Shown here one piece after another: positions 29,065 through 40,257 of a DNA stretch of 64,000 nt (position 1 is its first letter; each line of letters starts with the position of its first letter). A model generated the notes under the pieces. That model ran no database searches. It was not told the DNA's origin and worked only from the letters and a program-made list of their open reading frames with translations. Source of the stretch: Pelomyxa schiedti. Its lineage: Eukaryota > Protista > Evosea. The translations under genes were made by a program, and so were the position numbers. Location: contig JAHLWZ010000016.1 in the NCBI GenBank assembly GCA_020536535.1, positions 124,001 to 188,000 of the forward strand, written 5' to 3'.

Positions 29065-30912
29065 TCACAAGCAGGCAGCAATGTACGACACGAGTACGGT
29101 ACCAATCGTGGAGGCGAGAATAATTACAACTGCCGTGATTTTATCTACAAGTTTGGCTCGGCGCATGCGGAGATCAAAAAGCCTGGCGTCCTGTGAAACA
29201 TTATGGGGGCGTGGTTATAAGTGTTCCCATAAAAGAGAGGGTGTTCCGTACTGCTTTTTGTTGAGTCGCAGCGGATACAGTGAGTGCATTTGTCGTTGCA
29301 TTCGCAGGAGCTGTTGTTGATGTGGTAGTAGTAGTTCCGGAACTCATGGGATGGAGTTCAATCGGCTTGGAGGGATCAGCCTCCTCCAATGCTTTGTGCA
29401 GAACTATGTTGTTGAACCGCTTCAACCACCTAAAGAGCTATGTTTAGAGATAGACGAATACTACTTGTTGCTAAAAAGTACCTGTGAACTACAATTGTCT
29501 CTATTACAGTGGCTAGGAGGATCAAGAAGTACCAATTATAAACCCAATCAGCTACAGTCACCTAACCAGATACATTATAATTTGAACTCACCCATAGACA
29601 ATTTTACTTGACCGACATCTGGAATCTTGGATCCTTTAGAGAGTGAATGAATGTACTTCATTGCATGCAAATGTACCTGTTCCGGTCGAGAGAAACACCA
29701 TTGAAAGAACTCCACTGACAGAGGATCCAAGCCGCCCTTGTAACTCGGTTGGATCAAGCCATAATACTGAAATTGAAACAGCCAACGTGACTATGGCCGG
29801 TGGGATTACCTTTTGAGGTGACTCACTGTGTATTAATCGACTTCAGGAAGGAACCTTCATTGTGAAAAAAGCCGCACTACGTTTGATTTGAAGACCAATC
29901 TCACAGTGAGAGTACTCAGCTTCACCACCACCCAAACTGAAATCAGTATGCATTACATTCGTTCCATTAGAAGATATCGTTGATCTGGAGACCTATCAGG
30001 GAGTTGAGACAATTCTCCAGGAGAAAACCACTTACACTATAACCGGGAACTTGAACATTGTCAGCAATTCCAGAACTTTCTTCAGGTATCAACCGAACCA
30101 TAGAGTAATCCCATAACATATCCTCGAAGGCTACAGAGAGAATTTGAGTGTCTAATGGGTACCGGGTGAACCCAAATGTCATAAAGAACTGTGCATTCCT
30201 TGTGTTAGAGCAGAGGTAGTTTTGGTTGCGTACTACCTGTGCGTTGAATTTGAAGTTGAAATATGACCACCCTGGCTCCGGTTTATTGCAAACAGGACAA
30301 CTTATATCGAGGCCTGGGCATATGTGCTCGGGAATGTTTTCTGAGCTAAACTCTGCAACATTCTCCATAAGTAGTGTCAAATCCGGTCTGAGAAGACTTA
30401 GGGGACACTGGTTGTGGGAGAACTTTACCGGTAATAGTCACCAAAAATAACTTCGCATGTGCGCCACCTATACCAAATATATCTGAATATCTTTCCTTTA
30501 AGATTGAACCCAGTGGGGAATTGGCAACTAACCCTTGCGCATGGAACAAGTTGGAAAAGGCATCCACATCCCCAAGTTGAGTGAAATAGACTCCAACATA
30601 AACTACCGCTGGTAGCACAGTTTCTTGTTCAGAGCAAACTGTATACTCCGGCCAACTCCCGTCGGAATCTAAGGCACAAAGTGATGAGACTGAGCAATTT
30701 CAAAGAGAAAAACGTACTGACACATAGAGTGCTGTTCTGAGGTACATCACGTAAAATGTCTTTTTTCTTTGTTAATGCAACGGGAAAACAAAAAAAAAAA
30801 GAGTGCGATGGGCAGGAGTACTCTTTTTCTGTGGAGTCCTCACAATAGCTGCCGAAGCAAAAATGGTAAAACTTGCAAAAAATAAGGCTGTTATAAAGCA
30901 GTGCTTTCGCAT
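29065..30912 (-). CDS. Pentameric ligand-gated ion channel, Cys-less Pro-loop type
   Basis: Signal peptide MRKHCFITALFFASFTIFASA; VYVGVYFTQLGDVD; YPLDTQILSVAFED (Pro-loop); pre-M1 IKR; M1 VIPPAIV...WLDP; M2 GRLGSSVSGVLSMV; IPDVG-VTVADW then M3; M4 AKLVDKITAVVII. Confidence 0.82.
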
Positions 30913-31170
30913 GCCCCTCGTGCCTCACGGGATTTACACAACACCAACCGTTATTCGGTTTTTTTTTTTTTCTTTCGTTTTCTCACAATCAACGTTTCTT
31001 CTATCTGTGCTATCGCTTATTCTAGAAGCAACTACACTTTCTTGGAAGGAGAAACTCTTCTAGAATTTCCCACCTTCCAAGGTTGGAAAGGTGCCCGCGT
31101 CACGACTTCAATTGACAGAAGTGGCAAGTCACAAAAAGTTTTGTGTGTTCGCATTTGCACTAACATAGGT

Positions 31171-33101
31171 CTAAAAACGGCCACGCTTTTTGAATGGTGC
31201 ACCTCTGCTCCCTCTGTGCTGTTGTCTTTGTCCGCCTCCTCCTCCTCCTCTTCTTGGTGTTGTTCTTGTTCCAGTTCCTGTTGCTTTTCCTTTTCCCCTC
31301 CCTCGGTGCCCAAGTCCGCGTCGTGGAGCGGGTGTGTCATCGCCACTGCCCAGGGCGTTGCCGTCCCCGTCGTCGCTATCCTCGTTGTAGTAGGTTCCGT
31401 CGCCGTCGGCAACATCGGAGTCGATTTCATCATCATCGTTGCGGAACTTGGGTCGTTTGCCTACCGTTTTTTCCCGGCGTGGGGTGTCACCTTCCTCATC
31501 ATTGTCCCTAGGATAGAGTTAGGAGATAGAGCCATCGTTGCATGTAGATGACCAACCTCATGACAACTGCATCGCCAGCCAAATCTTCATCGATTCCTTC
31601 GGAATCTTTCTCTATCACTCCAGCAGCCAGGTCGCCGTCATCAGAGTCCTCTTCATACCGGGCCTGCTTCCTTCTGGTTTCTCTCTGGCAAATTGTTTAG
31701 AGGGAGTCCAATCAGCATTCCTCTTACTTCAGCAGCTTTGTCGATCTTTTCTTGAGTGTAGTTTGCAAGAGGATTTTCTTCTTCGTCAGTGTCATCGTCT
31801 TCTCCAACTCCATTAAGAGAATAAAGTTTATCCAATTCCTTGTATGGGCGTTTGATCACTTGCAGTTTGGAACTGTACTTACTGCAAGTTCGTCTACAAA
31901 AGCATTGGTGGCCTTCTTCTTCTTCGTTTTTTTCTCATTTAAACGAACCATGTTATCTTCTTCATATTGCCGTTGTTCCTCATCACTTTCAGACTCGTCA
32001 TGTCTTGTAGCACCTGGGTTTCTTAGCTTTACATTTCTACAAATTGTAGTACATACCAACAACGGGCTCTTCTTCGGGCATCGTGCCATATTCCGCCCGT
32101 ATGTACTCCATAATACCACTTCTTGAAGCCTTTTTGTTCCTCCTTTCAATGGCATCCCGTTTACGTTGAGCATCTTTTTCTGGTCATTGATCACAAGGAG
32201 TACATAATTTGTACCTCTATCAGTATCATATGCAACTTCATGCAATTTTGGGGGGTGGTAGATTCCGTCAGAAGCAACAAGGGCAACCTTCTCTTCCACA
32301 TCGGCAGTTTCTTCATTTTCTTTTTCTTTTGCTTTTTCTTTCTCCTCCTCAATTTCATTAGTTGATGTCTCGGTGGTTTCGGAGTTGCCCTCAGTTAAGT
32401 TAGACGGATTAGGACGCAACAACAATGGGTCAGAGGAATCTAAGTTTGGTAAGAAAGTAGCGTCGTCATTCGGGAAACAATGCCTGATTTCCCAATAAGT
32501 GCCATTTTGGTTATTTTTTCAATTTCGTATCGCAGTTTTTTTCCTAATATCTTTTTGAATAGGAGGAGAAATAAATTAACGTGAAACAGGACAACACATG
32601 AGGGAGGGTGTACTTTGATTTTATCGAAGGTCACTCTCAGAGTGGCTAATCTCCAAATCACGGGGTGGTTTTCTACATTCTCCCCGTGCAATTTTAGCAG
32701 TATAAAGAAGCACAGGCAACGGCAATATTCAAGTAGCATGTCTTATGTGAGGGGAGAGAATGGCTATTAGAGTGAGAATTCAACATTATTTCAAAGTAGA
32801 AAAATACTATGTCTGAGCTCAAGGAAAGTGACTCCTTTGTCAGTTGGGTAATCACCAATTCTGAACTGAATAAGACTTTTTTTTTTTTGAAACGAAAATC
32901 CCCATAATTTGCGCACTTTTGGCTGTGGAGCCTGCACCGAGGCAGTATTTCTGTGTTGATTTTCTTTGTCAGGTCCTGCAGTACCATCTGCAACTGCGCG
33001 ACATCCTCAGCCTCTGAAAGCGTTACCCTCAGTCCTCCTGCAACAGAACTCGTCCCACTGGTGGGACACCCATCATCACCGCGTCGCTCGTCGTCTCCCA
33101 T
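31171..33101 (-). CDS. NGDN: Neuroguidin / Lcp5 (Sas10/Utp3/C1D family, SSU processome)
   Basis: KGVTFLEL, LLEYC...LLKLHGENVENHPVIWRLATLRVTFDKIK, LRYEIEK, LRPNPSNL, DGIYHPPKL and QRQYEEDNMVRL. Confidence 0.88.
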
Positions 33102-33374
33102 CCAATATTATTTGTGCAATTGTAAAAGGAAAAGCGCTACCAGATCACTCACTCCCTGAGGCTCAGGAATCCTGTGATGCAGCAGCACTCTTCCATGTGC
33201 TATTAAAAACACCTCCGTTTGCCCGCAGAGAGTCCTTCTTGTGGATTGGGAATGCTCTCTGGCTTCGTTTCGAATTCGTTTGATCGAAAAACAGTTGCAG
33301 CTATTAATTATATTAAATCGGCCAGTGTCGCTCTCTATCGCGGGTGTGAGCGTAGATCTGAGACCTGATCAGCA

Positions 33375-36300
33375 ATGGCGTCAGACCACCCTTACCTTCA
33401 GTACGTTCCCGAACGAGTTTGTGGCATTGTGTCGAGCACGAATGCCATGTGGACCTTCGCCCCCTCTGCGATCTCAAATTCGTCGACGCCATCTTCTGAG
33501 GCGAGCACGGTGACGGCTTCTGCTGCTTCTTCTTCTTCGTCGTCGTCGTCGTCGGGAAGTGCCAGGGAGGCCAAGTTGGTTGCCGTGACTGGTGGCGTGG
33601 ATAGAATCTTTGCTTGGAACATGAGAACCTCGTCAATGGTTTTTTTCCCCGGCTGTGCTGTATATATACATATATTATTTAGAGTGTCGGTTTTTTACTA
33701 TACCTTTAGGTTGTTTGTTTGTTGGCTGGTTTGTCTTTTTTTTTCCCCCCCCCTTGTTCTTTAACCGACTTCAAGGAACTGGCTGTGTCTGACCCAGAAT
33801 GCCAGTCTGAAATGACTGTCGTTTGTGCATTAAATCGCAATGACATTCCTGAGGCGATGATGGCAAGTATTGTTTCAGTTGCTTCGGGGTTTGCCTCCAT
33901 ACAGTACAGGCCTGTCTAAAGAATCACTTTGTTAGGCATGCTGATGGTAGTGTCCGATTGTGGAACTTGGCAGCAGGTGCCGTTGTTGTCACCTTTCATG
34001 GTCATAGGAAGGCTGTTTCTGCTATAGCTTTCAATGGGTATTGCCCACTACTCCATACCACACTTTTACTGATACATGTGTCAAAGTACTGGTGTTATGA
34101 TTGCATCAGGTGGCAAGGATAAAGAAATAGTTGTTTGGGATGTTACAACTGAACGTGGTTTGTACAGGTATGTGAGCTCTGCCCGTTCCAAGTGTAACAA
34201 GATACAGGCTCCGTGGCCATACAAATGCAATAACTTGTCTTGCATTTCTTGATGCACATAATATGCTAGTTTCAGCATCCAAAGATAAATTCGTTTGCAT
34301 ATGGGACCTGAAAACACAGCATTGCGTTCAAACAATAGTTGGGAGTGCAGGGGAAGTATGGTCACTAGCACTCAACCCAACCCAAACGAGATTAGTCACT
34401 GGGAGTGTGGACAATAGGTTGCGCGTATTCAGAATTAAACGCCCAGATGAAGAATATGAACCTACTACAAAGACTGGTGATGAGGTTCCATCCCAACAAT
34501 TTTTTTTTTGGTTGATGGCCATTCTAGTTCAATGTAGCTACATTTTTGGGGGAGTTCGTAACACAGTCTCCTAAAGTTTCTAGTATAATATTCAGTCCAA
34601 ATGGCAATCTTCTCTGCTATGTTGTGGACACCAATAACGTTTGTCTTGCCAAAGTACTTCCCATTCTCTTCAACCCAAGAGATCAACAAAAAGTAGATTA
34701 ATACTGAAGCAGAAGAAGTTCATGAACGTAAACGCAAAGCTGACAAGTAGTTACCGTGTTAGTGAGTGTATTTATTTACTTACGTCAAAAAGAGCTGCAC
34801 AAAAAGATGCCTCCTCCAAGAAACCAAAAACTACCGCATCCATGAAGAAAGAAGAGATAAAAGAAGATGAAGAGGAGCATTTGAAGTTGGAACCTGTTGA
34901 CCCAGATCCCGACAATGGTTACAAATTTCTTCCCGAAAATGCTCTAATAACCTTAGAAAATATTGTTCAAGAGGAAATCCAACCTTTAACTTCATTGAAA
35001 TCTGCTGTAAAAGTTGTCTCCGTAGCTTTTTCTCCTGATTCTGAAAATGTTTGCTTCCTCCAGTTTTTTGTTGTCTGAATCACCCAGATCTTGGTTTCAC
35101 TTATCACCAATACCCTGGAGTCGTATAACATTACCACTTCATCAAATACGACCAAAGTATCTCTTAGTTATCATCTTAATCAACATGGTCATCATACTGA
35201 CATCCGAGCAATATCCTTGTCAAGTGATGATTCCATGGTAGCCAGTGGCTCTGGAAGTATATTTGCCTTCAATCCACTTCCACTTACCTCTTCCAGCTGA
35301 ACTGAAAATCTGGAATCCCAAGAGCGGAATGTGCACAGGAACTATGAGCTCTGGGTACTGTTTATGTCTGTTGTTTGTCCCTGGGAATCGACATGTAAGA
35401 ACTTTATTTTGTAGATAAATTAAAAATAAGAATAGAAAACCCAATACAACAGGTTGTTCTTGGTACCAAAACAGGAACTCTGGAGTTATATGAATTAGGT
35501 TCTGCATCATGCCTAGAATCGATTCCAGCCCACCAAGGTACCTGCTTCCTCCTATCGAAGTTGATACCAAAATATATCTAGGCCCGATATGGAGTATGGC
35601 TATGCGGCCTGATAAATCTGGAATAGCCACAGGCTCAGCAGATCACAGTGTTAAATTTTGGAATTTTGACCTGATTGAAGATTCTGCCTATTCAACAGTT
35701 CTGCACTTATTTTTTGTATTTTCTTCTTATTGCACTGGAAGGGTTCGAAGAGACTCTCACTAAAGGAAGACAGTACACTACCTTTGTCAGATGACGTCCT
35801 TGTTGTCAAGTAGTTTGTCGGTGATTGCTACCTCCTGTCTTATATATTTCAAAGGTTCAGTCCTAACGGCAAATTGATAGCTTTCGCTCTTCTTGACAGT
35901 ACTATACGAGTGTATCATGCAGATACCTTGAACTTTTATCTCTCTCTTTACGGACATGCTGTGAGTTATTTTTTTTTTTTTTTTTTTTGTATTGTTTACC
36001 AATGCTATTAGCTCCCTGTCATGGGGATGGACATCAGTGAAGAGGGGCTTTTACTTGTCAGTGGATCGGCAGACAAAAACATTAAAATATGGGGTTTGTG
36101 ATCACTAATTCCCGTAATATGAATTTAATTATTCTCATAATAGGGTTGGACTTTGGAAACTGCCATAAATCCATATTTGCACACAATGACAGCATCATGC
36201 AAGTTGCATTTGTGCCAATGACCCATTACTTCTTCACAGCAAGTAAAGACAGAACAATAAAGTACTGGGATGCAGATAAGGTAATATTATTTTCTCTGGG

Positions 36301-37568
36301 TTTTTATGAAATTCCTTTAGCACGATGAGATACAGACACTCAAGGGGCACAAAGGAGAAATTTGGTGCATGGCCGTTTCCAGCAAAGGTGACTTCTTTGT
36401 AACTGGGAGCCACGATAAATCAGTGAGGGTTTGGGCCCGGAGTGAGCAACAGGTTTTTCCTCATTTTTTTGGTTCATTTACTTACCATTGTAGATTTTCA
36501 GACACGAAGCAGAGGAGGCACGGCTTGAGGAAGAGTTTGACAGTGTACTTGAGGATAAGGAGGCTTTCATTGCTAGGCATGATCCAAATGCAAGTTTCGG
36601 CTTTTTTTCTCCCCCTTCTCAACTTGCCCCAATTGTCACAGAGACCTGAAGTTGAAGCCCCCCAGCAAAAAACACTATCTACCATACGCTCAGGGGAGGT
36701 ACTTCTGGAGGCGTTAGAAATCGCTCTGGAAGACAAGCGGAAGAAAGAAGTCTACAAGAAAGCCCTTGACCAGTTCGAGCAGCAGCAAGCGGGTTGGGAG
36801 AGCCTCCACCCCCAAAGCAAAGCAGCCCCAACGCCACTGGACCCGCCCCCTCCCCCTCCAGAGGACATTATCCTGCAGGGACAGACGGCACAGGCCTTTG
36901 TGCTCAAGAGGCTGTCGGCTATACCTCCCTCGCACGTGGAGCAGTCTGTGTTGTTGCTTTCGTTCCACCATGTGAAGCTTATGTTGGAGTACCTTGAGGA
37001 CTGGATCAGACAGGTTTTTTTTTTAATTCCCTTTTGCAAAAGTTAGCTGATTCCTCTCCCTCTCACTTTTTTGTGTGCCTGTATAGGGGAAGAATGTGGA
37101 GGTTTGCTGTCATGCCCTCACTATCATACTTAGAATACACATGGCACAAATTCAATTCCACAAAGAACTCGTTCCCGTACTGAAGTCTATCAGGGAGCAC
37201 GCAAGTAAACACATTTCTTGTAGAAAGGCAAGCAGCCCCTTTGTTAACAAGCTGATTTGGCTTACTGTCAAACTCCGTTTTTATTTCTTAAAACAAACCC
37301 ACAGGATGTAATGGGCTTCAACCTTGCTGCACTGCGCTATTTCCAACGAGACCTGGAACAGTCATTCAACATATCTTTCTTTGAGGAAGTTCTTCCAGAA
37401 ATACATGAAGTGCAAACCAAGAAATACATGCAACAGGTTGCAAGGCAACATGGCATTCTTGAACGGCCCAAGAAGAGAGTAAGCAAAAGGATGAAAGACA
37501 AGCCCACAGATGATTTACCCACAACCCCAGCACCGGTACCAACAATAATAACTGAAAAAATGGAGTGA
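33375..37568 (+). CDS. WDR3: WD-repeat protein 3 / Dip2 / Utp12
   Basis: [73 protein letters not shown] and the C-terminal Utp12 domain [10 protein letters not shown]. Confidence 0.96.
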
Positions 37569-37613
37569 GCAGTGATGAAGGGAAAATAAGGAATACTTTG
37601 GTCTTCTTTCTTG

Positions 37614-40201
37614 TTATTCCTTTGAGGTTGTTACGTTTACTGTGTGTAGGTCAATTTGATGTTCACTCGTGAAAGTCACGGGATATTGCTCTTGCTGGTG
37701 GGAACTTCGGGTTAAACTGGGTGATTGAGGCTGAGACATACCACGGGACTGGGGGCACCAGATGGAGGCACTTGGACAGTCACCAGAAGATTCCCATCAG
37801 TGGGTCGGGCAATGAGAAAGCTTTTGTCCTTCAATTTTGGAGACTGGAGAATATTCTCTCTGGTTACGTAAGCATATCTAATGTAATTGTTAGCTTGGAT
37901 TACCTCAAACAACTAGAGCAACCTCATCGTGTTAGGATCTGCAAGGAAAGCCTGTAAATTCTGATGCAGGTTGGTGAGTTGGGTATCTAACTCGGCTTCC
38001 TGTGCCTTGAGGTCATCTATTTCTCTCTTAATTTGGGGTATTTGCTCCCCAGTAGTGGGGTCAGGTGATATTTTTACAGAGCTATTGAAAGGTAGATAAG
38101 TGGTAAAGCGCATCACTTGTCAGTACCAGTGCACATGATTCTTGAAATTCTTTTCCAGCATCCCAAGCCCTTCTAGCACATTAGTGATGTCATATATCCT
38201 CCGCTTTTGAACACCCAGTGCCGCTGCTGCCTGATTTAGTTCAACAAATCCTGTAGGAGAAAGCTTCATCTGTTCAAGAAATTGCTGCGTTAGAACCACC
38301 AAGCTGCTCTCCCGAGTTTTTGTCCCTGATTGTCTTTTTGTGCGAATTCGTTTCCGTGGTTGGGAATGACTGTCAGTTGTTGGGTCCAAATTTTCTTGTG
38401 ACGGGGACGTGACACTAGTGGAAGTTTGACTTGATGGTTGCTCTATGGTATTTGGGGAGCTAGAAATAGTTGAACCTGAAGACTGGGATTGAGAAGGTGT
38501 ATGTTGTACTTGGGGAAAAATTTCAGGTGACATTGTACTGCTTGAAAAGTCGTGCCCGGATTGTGTAGAGATCTCTTGGTTTCCGCGTTCTTCAAGTTGT
38601 GGTGCGGCCTCCAACCCTTTGCTGCCATTTGTAGTTCCTTGTCTATCCAGGGGTGATTCTAGAGGCTGTATTGGTAGGGCCTCTACGTCTACATTTTTGG
38701 TGTCTAATGGCTCCTTGCCGTCGACGACAACACAAACACAGGGGTGGGATCTCTGCGTTTGCGTTTTGGTGTTCGGTAATTGCTGTGATGTATCACTGCA
38801 ATGAGGTGGCACACAATGTGACAAAGCAGATGGATCCTGAGACTGAATGGCTTGTGACGTTTGATTTTGCATCTCATGTCCGCTACTTACAGCAAGATGA
38901 GGTGACAGTAAAGCAGTTGGTTCTTGTTCAAGTGGTTGCGTATTTGGGGGTGTGTTTCCCAGTGGGTCTGTGAATGGTTTATGGAGGTGAATTGGGAGTG
39001 GTTTAATTGGAAATGGAACAGAAGAGCCTTCCGTGATTTGTGCCAATGATCGGTCAGATAGCCTTGGCTCCCGTGCGATTGGTTGTAATGGAGTTCTTAC
39101 ACGAAAAAATTAGTATGGAGGCCTTCCTGTTTGTGCGCTGTTGTGGCAAGTTGTGTTGGTAGTATTAAGGGACTCCTTACCGTCTTTGATTTAAAGAGTC
39201 CTGACACATAGCTGGGTGTGGTAAGAATTCCATCTGTTCCTTCAGCTTTACTACCACTTCCCTTGGTAGAGGGGGCCCAGCTGGCAAGGTCCTTGACGAG
39301 TTGTATTCAGATGTGAGAGATTGTATTGCCCGTGCATAGTTGTTGCGTTTTCTTTTGGGCGCTGGTTGCAAAACAACTGTGTCCCCAGGAGACGCGTTCT
39401 GATTTTGACTTATTTGCTGTGGCTGGCAGTGTCTGGATTCTGTAACCTTTTCGAGCTGGTCTGGCTGTGGGGCTTGATCTTGTATATTGTGGTGTTTCAT
39501 ATGCATTTTGATTTGCTTTTGGAGTTGTGTTCTCTGCTCTGTGTCGAGAACTTCAGTGACAGCCCGCTCCCCTTTAGGTCTCCCCGGCTTGCGTGGCAAA
39601 AGTTGCACAGGAGGGCTCTCATTAACATTCACCACAACACCCAGAGGTTGACGAGAGGATAGAAAGTAACTGGGCTTTAACGCCTGTTGGTTGTCCGCAC
39701 AGGAAACACGTGGATTTTCCATTGCTGAGTTGTGTGGAGGTGGTGGGCACACGGTAGTAGGAAGGACAGCCGGAGGAAAAGTTTTTTTTCTTCTCGACGT
39801 CATCGAATAACAGCAGGTTTATTACGGCGTTCCCCCAATCTTGATGAGTTTGTTTGTGGTAATACCTTCACACATCACTGGAAATCCAGTCCCTGGTTTG
39901 ACACCTTGACGCAGGGAATTAAGGATGTCACTTGCCTCCTGGAAAGTTCCCCAGGTTCAGAAGAAAGTGGAAATTCTTGATCCTAGCGAAAATTGTTCTA
40001 TTTGCGCCTGGCACCAGTTGGTCCTCCAGTTGAAGTTTTCCATCAGAAGCTCAGCTTCTCCAGGATCTGTTTGGTTTTGAAAAACTTAGTTTTTGGGAAT
40101 CGGGTAACCATCATCACACCCGAACCATAATTGTAGAGCTGGGTGCTAGTCAACGACGGGTTATAAAGTTGGGGCTTCCCTCCTTTTGTTTGTTGTTCCA
40201 T
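37614..40201 (-). CDS. E2F transcription factor with a long low-complexity N-terminus; start tentative
   Basis: [12 protein letters not shown]...[32 protein letters not shown] (E2F DNA-binding domain); coiled coil [13 protein letters not shown]; marked box YAYVTRENI...LIARP...QIDLHTV, then stop. Confidence 0.88.
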
Positions 40202-40257
40202 TGTGCCACTGTTTTTTGTGTGGTTTAGGGGTGATGTTTCTTTACTTATAATATGCA

